DNA of 64,000 nucleotides, from the NCBI GenBank assembly GCA_041665845.1, contig JBAYIC010000008.1:1335-65334 (forward strand), in the 5' to 3' direction. Origin of the DNA: Patescibacteria group bacterium. Lineage in GTDB: Bacteria; Patescibacteriota; Patescibacteriia; Patescibacteriales; UBA12465. The notes under the pieces were generated by a model, which did no database searches, was not told where the DNA came from, and was given only the letters and a program-made list of their open reading frames with translations. Position numbers and translations under genes: made by a program. Within the stretch, counting starts at the first letter, position 1; the number at the start of each line of letters is the position of its first letter. Of this stretch, positions 1 to 9,490 are shown in pieces.

Positions 1-270
1 AGCAATCACCATCGGAGTTACAACATTACGAGGTGACATAACCTGCAGTTCTTCTTGGTTATCTATTTTTCCGCTCATAAAATATATTACATATCCGTAA
101 GAAGAATAAATAAATAAAGAAGCGCAAAGAATAATTAAAAAGATGGTTATTGATTTAGCGATTGATTTGCGATGTTCCGATAGCCATAATCCCAGGTTCA
201 TCTCCCTTAAAGATACACCGCCTAAATTATTGTAAGAATTTAAATCCGGTTCATTTTTATCTTTTAACAT
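1..270 (-). CDS. hypothetical membrane protein, N-terminal part only (gene runs off the window start)
   Basis: Reverse-strand ATG at 270-268 opens a frame that reaches position 1 without a stop (MLKDKNEPDLNSYNNLGGVSLREMNLGLWLSEHRKSIAKSITIFLIILCASLFIYSSYGYVIYF...). One clear hydrophobic helix. Absent from the ORF track because it is truncated. Confidence 0.5.
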   Translation of the reverse strand, partial: MLKDKNEPDLNSYNNLGGVSLREMNLGLWLSEHRKSIAKSITIFLIILCASLFIYSSYGYVIYFMSGKIDNQEELQVMSPRNVVTPMVIA

Positions 271-356
271 AAATGTGTTATAATAATTTTGTAGTTTTCT
301 AGAAATTCTACTCACTAGTTAAATAATAGCATATTAGTCATAATTTATAAATATAT

Positions 357-1310
357 ATGAAAGGTTTCTTAGTTCCCTTAAGCGTTAAGCCTGAGAAAAA
401 ATCAGAATATTTAAAAAACATTTCTTTGCTTACAAAAAACTCCGGTCGCTTGTTTTTAATCGCTGGTGATCAAAAAATAGAACACGCAAATGACGATTTT
501 TTTGGTTCTAATATAACACCGGAAGATAACGACCCCGAACATTTATTTAAAATAGCCGCCGCTTCTGAAGGTGGAGTTTTAGCTACTCATCTTGGTTTAA
601 TATCAAAATATGGTAATGATTACCGCAATTTACCGTATATCGTTAAAATCAATGGTCGAACTAATTTAAATAAGGAAGACCAGAATTCAAGTAAACCCTT
701 TTGGAAAGTAGAAGATATTATTAACTTTAAAAAACAAAGCGGTTTAAAAATTGCTGGTATTGGTTATACTATCTATTTAGGAGGAGCTTATGAGGCAAAA
801 ATGCTCTCTCAGGCTGCGAAAGCAATTTTCCAAGCTCATCAAGCCGGTTTAGCCGCAATCATTTGGATCTATCCAAGAGGAAAAAATATTAAAGAAGAAA
901 ATATTCATACAATTGCCGGAGCAGCCGGCGTTGCCGCTTGTATAGACGCTGATTTTGTTAAAGTAAAATACCCCTATGGAATTAAAGATAAAAAAGAAAT
1001 TGCTAAGAAATTTCAAGAAGTAACTACGGCCGCCGGCAGGAGCAAAATAATTTGTGTTGGTGGGAATAAACAACCAGCGAAAGAAATTCTTACCTTTTTA
1101 AATTTACAATTAGAAATTGGTCACAGTTCCGGTTTAGCAATTGGACGCAACTTACACCAACGCCCTTTAGAAGAAGCGACTAGATTAGCACGAGCTATTA
1201 GTGCCATGATTCTTAGAAATGCCTCACTGGTTGAGGCGGAAAAGATATATTTAACTAAAAAACCGGCTTTAAAGAAAAAGCCAAATGGAAAGTTTTTAGG
1301 TCTATTCTAA
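357..1310 (+). CDS. class I fructose-bisphosphate aldolase, DhnA/FbaB (archaeal-type) family
   Basis: 317 aa. Layout typical of COG1830 aldolases: LFLIAGDQKIEH near the N-terminus, probable Schiff-base lysine context DADFVKVKYP, C-terminal GLAIGRN. Confidence 0.75.
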   Translation: MKGFLVPLSVKPEKKSEYLKNISLLTKNSGRLFLIAGDQKIEHANDDFFGSNITPEDNDPEHLFKIAAASEGGVLATHLGLISKYGNDYRNLPYIVKINGRTNLNKEDQNSSKPFWKVEDIINFKKQSGLKIAGIGYTIYLGGAYEAKMLSQAAKAIFQAHQAGLAAIIWIYPRGKNIKEENIHTIAGAAGVAACIDADFVKVKYPYGIKDKKEIAKKFQEVTTAAGRSKIICVGGNKQPAKEILTFLNLQLEIGHSSGLAIGRNLHQRPLEEATRLARAISAMILRNASLVEAEKIYLTKKPALKKKPNGKFLGLF

Positions 1311-1393
1311 AGTTTAAAAGATATAATAATCATTCCTAGCTATCCTTAGCTATTATAAAAACGCTCCATACGGAGCGTTTTTAGGTAAAAGTC

Positions 1394-2869
1394 TTAATTT
1401 TTTATTTTGATTTCTATTCGATCAACTAAATTAGGTGCTTTTTTTATAAATGAGGGATAAAATTGTAATTCATAATTACCTATCTCCGGATAGTCACTTA
1501 AATAAACGTCAATCTGTTTAGCGTTTAGATTAACTAGGCTAGATTTATTGATAATATTAGCGTCACTTTTTAGAATCATTAGCCCTGAAAAAGAAGCTTT
1601 CACTGTTGCTAACTTATTTTTTTCATCATAGTTCTCCAAATTATAGGATAAACTTTCTGGTTTAAATTCGGCCAATTCCTTATCATCTGGTACTAAAATA
1701 TTTAATTTGGCCGAAGCTAATTTAGCTGATTCGCTTCCAGAAAAAGTAACCATAATTACTTTAGCTTTAGCGGTAACTATAAACTGAGAAACTTTATCTC
1801 CGGCTTTAGCTCCAATATTTACATCAACCGGATCTAAAACTTGGTATAAAACTTCCGCTTGAGAATCAAGGGGTTTATTTGCTTCAGCTTTTTTAAGAAT
1901 AAGATCATTAATATCTTTAGTCGCTGATTGGATATCAATTGCTTTTACATATTTTTCTGCTTTTTCACCATAAGTAAAAGCTTCTTCACTTTCAGCATAG
2001 ATTTTATCTTGCAACCCGACCCAAAGACCGGGGATAGTAAAATGAGATGCCTCAATCGCCATATCGGGAGAAGCTTTATCGGCATAAATTTCGACTTCAA
2101 CCTTTCCTCCGGCCGGGATATTAACCGCATTTTTAATCCTAAATAGTTTGTTATCGCTAGAAAGTAATCTAGTCGTTGCAATTAATTGCTGCGCCTTTAT
2201 ATAATTATTAACAATCACCACTTTACCGTTAAGTTCCGTTCCCTGCAGTTCTTCCCCAGTTGCTTCATATTGTTTTTGAACTTCAACATCAAACTCATTG
2301 ATAGCGCCACTAATTTTTTCTCTAGGATCACCTACTTCTGTTGTACTGGTAGCATCACCAATTCTTAAAAAGAGAGTATCGCTCATAGCTTCAACTTGCG
2401 GAGTGATTAAAATCGTTAATTTAGAAAAAGAAAAGTAAAAAACTAAAAGTGCTAACAGTCCGACCATGACTAAAAATTTCCAAACTAAACGACGATAAAG
2501 GGTAAGACTTTTCTTAACTGGAGTAGGCGATTTCTTGTTAGAGCTAGATTCGCCTTCTTCATTCTTATTTTTAATTTCTGAAACTAAATCAGAAAAAAAC
2601 TTTTTTTGAATATCGGTATCTTCTCTATTCACTTGATTTGTTGAATCATCGTTTTTATTATTTCTCAAAGAGGGAAAACTATTTTTAGCTAATGAGACAT
2701 CTGAAAAAAAGTTGCTACTATCAGTAAGATCATCATCTTCTATAACATCAACAATAACCGATTTGTTTTTTTTCGGAGGGACGATTTTTTTTACCGGCTT
2801 CTTGGCTTTTTTAGCCTTAGCTACCGGAGACGAAGCCGAAAGTAATTCGGTTTTTCTTGGTCTTGGCAT
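1394..2869 (-). CDS. hypothetical single-pass membrane protein with Lys-rich N-terminus
   Basis: 491 aa. Basic disordered N-terminus (KAKKAKKPVKKIVPPKK), one TM helix (LVWKFLVMVGLLALLVFYFSF), large C-terminal extracytoplasmic domain. No family recognised. Confidence 0.6.
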   Translation of the reverse strand: MPRPRKTELLSASSPVAKAKKAKKPVKKIVPPKKNKSVIVDVIEDDDLTDSSNFFSDVSLAKNSFPSLRNNKNDDSTNQVNREDTDIQKKFFSDLVSEIKNKNEEGESSSNKKSPTPVKKSLTLYRRLVWKFLVMVGLLALLVFYFSFSKLTILITPQVEAMSDTLFLRIGDATSTTEVGDPREKISGAINEFDVEVQKQYEATGEELQGTELNGKVVIVNNYIKAQQLIATTRLLSSDNKLFRIKNAVNIPAGGKVEVEIYADKASPDMAIEASHFTIPGLWVGLQDKIYAESEEAFTYGEKAEKYVKAIDIQSATKDINDLILKKAEANKPLDSQAEVLYQVLDPVDVNIGAKAGDKVSQFIVTAKAKVIMVTFSGSESAKLASAKLNILVPDDKELAEFKPESLSYNLENYDEKNKLATVKASFSGLMILKSDANIINKSSLVNLNAKQIDVYLSDYPEIGNYELQFYPSFIKKAPNLVDRIEIKIKN

Positions 2870-2953
2870 AAGATAATAGAGAAATTAAAAATTTATAACA
2901 AAAAATGATTAAACTTTTTTACAGCTAATCTTATTATAGCAAACAATATAAAT

Positions 2954-5900
2954 CTAAACAATTATTTCTGAGCCAGCGACTTTAATATTTGAATTAAATT
3001 TTTCCTTTAATTCATTTCTTAAGGCTTCGTTATTTGAGACTCTAAAAGCTGTTTTAATAATTTTAAATTTTTCGTCAGCAATGATGCGAAAAAAAACCTC
3101 CTCTTCTCCGGGAAAAATTGAAAATATTTGTTTTAATTCATTTAAATCGTTGGTCGATAAATCTTTCAAAAAAACTAATAACAACGGGTTAATCGACGGT
3201 AACGATTGTTTTAGCCCTGGCTTAACAATATCGGCCGGTGCAATATTGGCTTTGTTTGGTTTAGGAAAATTACTATTACCAAAGGAGCGACTGCGAATAG
3301 GCGCCGGAGATTCAAGCATTAGACGTTTAAAATCATCGACCGATTTTTGTGGAGTCGCTATGTCTAAAAGCATTACTCGATTAGCTAAAATCTTTAAATC
3401 GCTATCCTTTTCCGAAGCTTTCCCTTCTACGATAATTGTTCTTCCTTCTTGCCATAACTCTGTAGTTTCTTTATAAAGTCGGGGGAAAATTAAAAGCTCA
3501 GTTGAAGCAACCGCGTCTTCAAGCTTCACAAAAATCATTGATTCCCCTTTTCTAGTTATTATTTTTTTTATTGTTGCAATTACACCAGCGGTAATTATCC
3601 GATCATCGCCCTTGTGTCCGGCTAAACTAATAATTGGAACGATATAGCCAAGAACATACGGCTTAAAATAGTTAAAAGGATGCTCACTAACATAAAGTCC
3701 AAGCAATTCTTTTTCCCAAGCTAATTTTTCGTTTTGGTCGGCATCAGGGAAATCTTTTAAAACTGGCCGGCTTTTATCTTCAGGTTTAACATCACCAAAT
3801 AAACTTTCTTGACGACTATCTTTATTTTTTGCTTCTTCTTTATTAAAATTTAAAAACTTTTCCATGTTTGCCAATAAAAAACCACGCTCACCGAAACTAG
3901 TCATGGCGCCGCTCTTTATCAAACTCTCTAAGGATTTTTTATTTAAATCACGATCAGTAACTCTCTCTAAAAGGTTAAAAATATCTTGATAGGCTCCATT
4001 TTTCTTACGTTCTTTAATCAAAGTATCAACAATATGCTCACCTACGTTTTTTATAGCTTTAAGCCCAAAACGAACAGTATCAACTTTTTCATTTTTATCG
4101 ACTATTTTATTTTCTTTAGTTCCAGCAGTTACGACTGTAAAAGTACCAAATGATTCATTAACATCGGGCGCCATAATTTTTATCCCCATATTGCGGCATT
4201 CTTCAATTTCAATCGCAATTCTATCAGAATCGCCCTGATCAGAAGTTAAAAGCGCCGCCATAAATTCAACTGGCCAATGTGCTTTTAGATAAGCAGTTTG
4301 ATAACCGATCATCGCATAACAGGCCGCGTGACTACGATTAAAGCCATACCCGGCAAACGGTTCAATAAAAGAATAAACCTTTTCCGCTAACTCTTTATAG
4401 ACGCCATTTTTAACACAACCTTCAACAAACTTTTCTTTTTGTTCGGCCATTAGAGAAGCAATTTTCTTTCCCATCGCTCGCCGCAAAACATCTGCTTGAC
4501 CCATAGTAAAACCCGCTAAATCACGAGCGATTTGCATAACTTGTTCTTGATAAATAGCAACACCATAAGTATTTTTTAAAATACTTTCAAGCTTTGGATG
4601 CAAATAAGCAACTTTTTTTATTTTATGTTTACCGGCGATATAATCAGGAATCCATTCCATCGGCCCCGGGCGATATAAAGCAACCATCGCAATTATATCC
4701 TCAAAAATAGTTGGCTTAAGTTCACGCAAGTAACGTTTCATGCCCGCTGATTCAAATTGAAAAACACCTGTAGTTTCTCCGGCTTGAAATAATTTATAAG
4801 TTTTTTCATCGCCTAAAGGAATTTGATCAATATCAATTTCTAAACCTCTAGTATTTTTAATAATTTTTAAAGCCGATTCAATAATAGTTAAATTTTTAAG
4901 GCCCAAAAAATCCATTTTTAGTAAGCCCAAGTCTTCAATTGGATGAAGCGAATACTGTGAGATAACGCTTTCATCGGCTGATGAAGCGTGTTGAATGGGA
5001 ACATATTCCGTTAAAGGTTGATCAGTTATTAAAACACCGCAAGCATGAGTTGAGGCATGACGAGCAACGCCTTCAAGTCTTTTAGCATAATCTAAAATCC
5101 TTTTAGCCGCCGCCTCATTATTATACATTTCTCTAAGTTCGGGAACGGTTTTAATGGCTTCCTCAAGTTTAGTAAACATCGGAATGCTTTTGGAAATTTT
5201 ATCGCAGTATTCATAAGGCTCATCTAGCACCCGACCAACATCACGTACCGCCGCCCGAGCGGCCATCGTCCCAAAGGTAATAATTTGAGCAACATGGTCT
5301 TGGCCATATTTTTCGCCGACATAATTTAAAACTTCACCGCGTCTTATATCAGCGAAGTCCATATCAATATCAGGCATAGAAATTCTATCCGGATTTAGAA
5401 ATCTTTCAAAAAGTAGATTATATTCAAGCGGATCAAGATTGGTAATTCCTGTTAAATAGCAAACCAAGGAACCGGCTGCGCTTCCTCTTCCTGGACCAAC
5501 AACAATCTTATTATCCTTAGCCCAATTGATAAAATCAGCAACAATCAAGAAATAAGCCGGCCAACCCATTTTAGCAATAACTGATAATTCATAATCAAGC
5601 CGTTCCTGGACTTCTTTTAATTCAGAGTCGGGCTTCCCGGGATAACGTTTTAAAATTCCTTTTTCACACCATTCCTTTAAATAAGAGTTACCATCATACC
5701 CAGCTGGTACTTCAAAATGGGGTAATTGAATTTGACCAAGTTCAATTTCAACATTACACATCTCGGCAATTTTCAAAGTATTTTCAATGGCTTCCGGGAT
5801 ATGTTTAAAGGCGGCAATCATTTCCGCATTAGAACGCATGGAATAATCGCCATGCCCAAGCATTTTCATTCTATCGGTATCGGTTATTTTCTTTTTATTT

Positions 5901-6574
5901 TGCAGACATAACAAAATATCTTGAGCTTCAGCGTCTTCTTTCTTAAAATAATGGACGTCATTAGTTGCAATCACCGGAATTTTTAATTTTTTAGAAAATT
6001 TAATCAACTCAGAATTTACTTTTTCTAATTCTGGGATTTCCGGATGATCCATTAATTCTAAATAAAAATTTCCCGCTCCAAAAAGAGAATTATATTCTTT
6101 AATTCTTTTTTCTGCTTCTTTTAGTTTATCAGACATGATAAGGCGCGGTATTTCTCCGGCTAAACAGGCGGTTGAAGCAATTATGCCTTCGTGATGCTCA
6201 GTTAAAAGTTCCCAATCTATCCGCGGTTTATAATAAAAGCCCTCAATATAAGCTTTGGAAACGAGTTTTATTAAATTTTTATAACCTTCGTTATTCTTCG
6301 CAAGTAGGAGAAGATGATTACTGCGACCGTCTTCTCTAGTATTTTTATCAAATCTTGAACCAGGCGCTAAATAGGCTTCTACGCCGATTATCGGCTTTAC
6401 ACCGGCCTTTTTTGCCTTCTGATAGAACTCTATAACACCATACATCGAACCGTGATCAGTAATAGCGACCGCCGGTGAACCCTGTTCTTTAGCATAGTTA
6501 ATCATCTCGTCCAGCTTTGTTAAGCCGTCAAGTAAAGAATAGTGGGTATGATTGTGGAGATGGACAAAAGACAT
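2954..6574 (-). CDS. dnaE: DNA polymerase III alpha subunit
   Basis: 1206 aa. PHP domain start MSFVHLHNHTHYSLLDG, catalytic core motifs GRGSAAGSLVCYLTGIT and PDIDMDF, C-terminal OB-fold region. Confidence 0.95.
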   Translation of the reverse strand: MSFVHLHNHTHYSLLDGLTKLDEMINYAKEQGSPAVAITDHGSMYGVIEFYQKAKKAGVKPIIGVEAYLAPGSRFDKNTREDGRSNHLLLLAKNNEGYKNLIKLVSKAYIEGFYYKPRIDWELLTEHHEGIIASTACLAGEIPRLIMSDKLKEAEKRIKEYNSLFGAGNFYLELMDHPEIPELEKVNSELIKFSKKLKIPVIATNDVHYFKKEDAEAQDILLCLQNKKKITDTDRMKMLGHGDYSMRSNAEMIAAFKHIPEAIENTLKIAEMCNVEIELGQIQLPHFEVPAGYDGNSYLKEWCEKGILKRYPGKPDSELKEVQERLDYELSVIAKMGWPAYFLIVADFINWAKDNKIVVGPGRGSAAGSLVCYLTGITNLDPLEYNLLFERFLNPDRISMPDIDMDFADIRRGEVLNYVGEKYGQDHVAQIITFGTMAARAAVRDVGRVLDEPYEYCDKISKSIPMFTKLEEAIKTVPELREMYNNEAAAKRILDYAKRLEGVARHASTHACGVLITDQPLTEYVPIQHASSADESVISQYSLHPIEDLGLLKMDFLGLKNLTIIESALKIIKNTRGLEIDIDQIPLGDEKTYKLFQAGETTGVFQFESAGMKRYLRELKPTIFEDIIAMVALYRPGPMEWIPDYIAGKHKIKKVAYLHPKLESILKNTYGVAIYQEQVMQIARDLAGFTMGQADVLRRAMGKKIASLMAEQKEKFVEGCVKNGVYKELAEKVYSFIEPFAGYGFNRSHAACYAMIGYQTAYLKAHWPVEFMAALLTSDQGDSDRIAIEIEECRNMGIKIMAPDVNESFGTFTVVTAGTKENKIVDKNEKVDTVRFGLKAIKNVGEHIVDTLIKERKKNGAYQDIFNLLERVTDRDLNKKSLESLIKSGAMTSFGERGFLLANMEKFLNFNKEEAKNKDSRQESLFGDVKPEDKSRPVLKDFPDADQNEKLAWEKELLGLYVSEHPFNYFKPYVLGYIVPIISLAGHKGDDRIITAGVIATIKKIITRKGESMIFVKLEDAVASTELLIFPRLYKETTELWQEGRTIIVEGKASEKDSDLKILANRVMLLDIATPQKSVDDFKRLMLESPAPIRSRSFGNSNFPKPNKANIAPADIVKPGLKQSLPSINPLLLVFLKDLSTNDLNELKQIFSIFPGEEEVFFRIIADEKFKIIKTAFRVSNNEALRNELKEKFNSNIKVAGSEIIV

Positions 6575-6665
6575 AGCTCTATTTTAATATACGACCTTAA
6601 GAATAGCAAATAAAAAAGGAGTTCCTAGAAACCCCGTTTTATATGGTTGAATGTTTGTTTGTTAT

Positions 6666-6866
6666 TTAGCCTTTTGCAAAAGCCATGCATAGAGAAACTA
6701 CAGCAATTGGGAAAACAATAATTCCCACTACTACTGAGCCAACAACAGTACCTACTCCAGAGAAGCAGGCCGAAATAACACTAGCAACAAGAGAAACTCC
6801 AATAATATAAAAGAAATTTCTCTCGTTTTCGGAAAATTCCGATTTAAACAATTCAAATCTTTTCAT
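6666..6866 (-). CDS. small hydrophobic membrane protein (hypothetical)
   Basis: 66 aa with two predicted TM helices (FFYIIGVSLVASVISACF, VVGIIVFPIAVVSLCMAF). Lies between parB and dnaE on the same strand. Confidence 0.45.
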   Translation of the reverse strand: MKRFELFKSEFSENERNFFYIIGVSLVASVISACFSGVGTVVGSVVVGIIVFPIAVVSLCMAFAKG

Positions 6867-6922
6867 TTTTTATTGGTATTGGTATTAGTTTAGAAAGTAC
6901 TAATTTAACTAAATATTGTACA

Positions 6923-7807
6923 CTATTTCTTAATTTTTGTCAATATCTCGCCCAGTTCTTCCTCGCTATAAAAATCAACGATAATTTTTCCACCCTTCCC
7001 TTGTCTTTTTATTTCAACTTTAGTACTAAGTAATTCACTAAGTTCATCTTCCTTGGCTTTATCAAAATAATCTTTTTGCTTAGCCAATTTTGTTCCGCCG
7101 AGGCGCTTAATTTCTTGATCAGTTTGAGCAACTGTTAAGTCATGACGCAAAATTTTCTTTAACATGTTGAGCTGTTTTTCCTCGCCTTCTAAACCTAATA
7201 AATATTTAGCATGGGCTTCAGTAATTTTTCCGGAAGCTAAAGCATTTTGCGCTTCTTGAGGTAAAGAAAGTAGACGCAAGGTATTAGCGATGCTAGAACG
7301 AGCCTTACCAACGCGTTTGGCAGCTTCTTCCTGAGTTATATTAAATTCATCAATTAATCTTTTATAAGCTCGGGCCGTTTCAATAGAATTTAAATCTTCA
7401 CGCTGTAAATTTTCAATCAAAGCGACTTCCAATTTCTTTTGTTCGTTATCATCGCGAATAATAACCGGAACTTCTTTAAGTCCTAATAATTTTGCACTAC
7501 GCAATCTTCTTTCTCCGGCAATAAGTTCGAAGCGTTCACCTTTACGAGTTGCAATTAGCGGAGAAATAATTCCATGTTCTTTAATTGATTCTGCTAAATC
7601 ATTAATTGCGCCATCAGCAAAATAGGTTCGGGGTTGAAAAGGATTAAAATCAATTTTATCCGGGTTAACTTTTAAAATTCTCTCATTATCATGTAAAACA
7701 ATTGCGTCTTCACTAACGCCGCTATCAGACTGGAAAGGATTTTGACCATAGGTCATTGTTTTTTTAGGGATAAGAGAGCCGAGTCCTCGGCCTAAACCTT
7801 GTGCCAT
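6923..7807 (-). CDS. parB: chromosome partitioning protein ParB
   Basis: The track ORF is 6923..7849. I prefer the internal ATG at 7807, because MAQGLGRGLGSLIP is the canonical ParB N-terminus and this start removes the overlap with parA. ParB box GERRLRSAKLLG. Confidence 0.9.
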   Translation of the reverse strand: MAQGLGRGLGSLIPKKTMTYGQNPFQSDSGVSEDAIVLHDNERILKVNPDKIDFNPFQPRTYFADGAINDLAESIKEHGIISPLIATRKGERFELIAGERRLRSAKLLGLKEVPVIIRDDNEQKKLEVALIENLQREDLNSIETARAYKRLIDEFNITQEEAAKRVGKARSSIANTLRLLSLPQEAQNALASGKITEAHAKYLLGLEGEEKQLNMLKKILRHDLTVAQTDQEIKRLGGTKLAKQKDYFDKAKEDELSELLSTKVEIKRQGKGGKIIVDFYSEEELGEILTKIKK

Positions 7808-7838
7808 ATAGTAAAATTTAAACGATTGATTATTTTTA

Positions 7839-8603
7839 TTATTTTTCAAAACTTAAAATTTCTCTTGCGAGGCCTTCGTAAGCCTTTCCGCCTTTAGATT
7901 TTGGATCATACTGTAAAATTGTCCGACCATAGCTTGGCGCTTCAGCCAGTCTAACGCTACGTGGAATAACAGACCTAAAAATACGATTCGGAAAATATTT
8001 ATATAATTCTTCCATCACAGATTCTGATAATTTATTGCGTTTATCAAACATGGTGATTACCGCGCCCATGATTCCTAATTCCGGTTTTAAGTTATTTTGG
8101 ACTAAACTAATTGTTTCTAAAAGTTGGCTCAAACCTTCAAGGGCAAAGTATTCGCTTTGAATAGGAATTAAAACTTCATCAGCCGCTACTAAGCTATTAA
8201 CCGTTAAAAGTCCCAAAGAAGGTGGCCCATCAATTATAATAAAGTCATACTCTTTCTTAGCTTCTTCTAAAATATGCGCAAGACGGAACTCACGATTTTC
8301 CATACTAACCAAATCAATTCCTGCTCCGGCTAAAGCTAGAGTTGCGGGGGCGATTTTAAAACCAGATTGCATGGTACGTTTAATAATTTGGTTGAAAGGT
8401 TTATCGCCGACTAAAGCTTCATAAACTCCAAATTCTAAATTACGGTGATCAATTCCTAAACCAGAAGTAGCGTTAGCTTGCGGGTCAACATCAACAAGCA
8501 GCACTTGTTTCCCCAAGTGAGCTAAATAAGCGCTTAAATTAACAGCAGTAGTGGTTTTCCCTACTCCACCCTTCTGATTTACAACGGCAATAACTTTACC
8601 CAT
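7839..8603 (-). CDS. parA: chromosome partitioning ATPase ParA/Soj
   Basis: 254 aa. Deviant Walker A NQKGGVGKTTT. DVDPQ and IIIDGPPSLG motifs. Confidence 0.92.
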   Translation of the reverse strand: MGKVIAVVNQKGGVGKTTTAVNLSAYLAHLGKQVLLVDVDPQANATSGLGIDHRNLEFGVYEALVGDKPFNQIIKRTMQSGFKIAPATLALAGAGIDLVSMENREFRLAHILEEAKKEYDFIIIDGPPSLGLLTVNSLVAADEVLIPIQSEYFALEGLSQLLETISLVQNNLKPELGIMGAVITMFDKRNKLSESVMEELYKYFPNRIFRSVIPRSVRLAEAPSYGRTILQYDPKSKGGKAYEGLAREILSFEK

Positions 8604-8651
8604 AAATTAAATCGGATTTATATACGACAATTATATATTAAAGCTTTCCTT

Positions 8652-8680
8652 TTGACAATTAAAGATATATTTATTATACT
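8652..8680 (+). promoter_or_regulatory. sigma-70 type promoter for tRNA-Leu
   Basis: TTGACA (8652-8657), 17-nt spacer, TATACT (8675-8680), about 45 nt upstream of the tRNA. Confidence 0.6.
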
Positions 8681-8724
8681 AAAATTCGTAATATAAAAGC
8701 GTTACAAGCAAATCCAACATCTAA

Positions 8725-8808
8725 GCCGCGGTGGCGGAATTGGTAGACGCGCACGACTCAAACTCGTGTGGGGGAAACTTCATGAGGGTTCGATTCCCTC
8801 TCGCGGCA
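8725..8808 (+). tRNA. tRNA-Leu (anticodon CAA), CCA not encoded
   Basis: Acceptor GCCGCGG/TCGCGGC with discriminator A. D-arm GCGGAATTGGTAGACGC. Anticodon arm CACGA-CTCAAAC-TCGTG. Long variable arm. T-arm GAGGG-TTCGATT-CCCTC. Confidence 0.9.
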
Positions 8809-8815
8809 CAAAAAA

Positions 8816-8838
8816 AGACCAGGTTAATGGTCTTTTTT
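8816..8838 (+). terminator. rho-independent terminator after tRNA-Leu
   Basis: AGACCA-ggttaa-TGGTCT followed by TTTTTT. Confidence 0.7.
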
Positions 8839-8862
8839 GTTAGTCTAGAAGTTTTATTTTGT

Positions 8863-8891
8863 ACAAAAAATCTCCCATTGGGAGATTTTTC
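8863..8891. terminator. bidirectional rho-independent terminator
   Basis: Perfect 8-bp palindrome AATCTCCC-att-GGGAGATT, flanked by an A-run upstream and a T-run downstream. It can stop both convergent transcripts. Confidence 0.7.
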
Positions 8892-8979
8892 TGGTCTCAA
8901 GATGACCCTCGAACCGAATTTGACATTTGTATAAACATTATATGCTAAAAATTATTATTGGTCAAGAAATTTCCGGATG

Positions 8980-9048
8980 TGGACCCGCGGGGAATTGAAC
9001 CCCGGAAACCAAATGTCAAATTCGATTCCGAGGACCGCCTCCGGGCCC
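8980..9048 (-). ncRNA. tRNA-like 69-nt cloverleaf, non-canonical (possible degenerate or atypical tRNA); identity unresolved
   Basis: Minus-sense GGGCCCG GAGGCGGTCCTC GGAATCGAATTTGACATTTGGTTTC CGGGGTTCAATTCCCCG CGGGTCC A. It has a 7-bp acceptor with a G3:U pair and discriminator A, plus a good T-arm (CGGGG-TTCAATT-CCCCG). The D region folds only as a 4-bp/4-nt-loop hairpin starting at position 8. The anticodon arm is ambiguous (possible loop TTTGACA). The closing helix can extend to 12 bp (8975-9053). Confidence 0.4.
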
Positions 9049-9096
9049 ACATCATGACGAATTATAGCAAAGGATAAATAAACTAAATCTAAAAAG

Positions 9097-9450
9097 TTAC
9101 GCCTTCTTAAACCTAACCGTAAAAATCGGTTCATACTCGACTTTATTTTCATCAACTAATTTTACCAGCTCTCCGCTGACAAATTGGGTTAAGGCTAAAT
9201 CACTAAGCAATTGATTATCGCCGGCAATATTTAATTTAATTCCTTCGAGCTTATCAAACTCTTCTTTAAAATCAGCTTTAACTGAAGCCTCAATTTGTTT
9301 CTTTTTTATTTTTAAGTCATCAAGCTCTTGGACCACCTTTTGATAATCACCGCTATTACTTAAAGCATCGCGAAACATAGATTTGAGTTCGCGTTGTTCT
9401 TTTTTCTTATCTTGGATACGTTTAAAAACTGCGGGTAATTCTTGGGCCAT
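9097..9450 (-). CDS. hypothetical coiled-coil protein
   Basis: 117 aa, charged and heptad-like (KKKEQRELKSMF..., DDLKIKKKQIEASVKADFKEEFDKLEG). The tRNA-like element lies 48 nt downstream on the same strand. Confidence 0.6.
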   Translation of the reverse strand: MAQELPAVFKRIQDKKKEQRELKSMFRDALSNSGDYQKVVQELDDLKIKKKQIEASVKADFKEEFDKLEGIKLNIAGDNQLLSDLALTQFVSGELVKLVDENKVEYEPIFTVRFKKA

Positions 9451-9490
9451 AATTATTGAGAGTTAAATTTTAATTATGAAAAGAATTATA

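Noticed and set aside
8731-9155. ORFs 8731..8934 (+) and 8955..9155 (-)
   Set aside because: The first begins inside tRNA-Leu and runs through two terminators. The second spans the tRNA-like element. Neither shows coding-like features.
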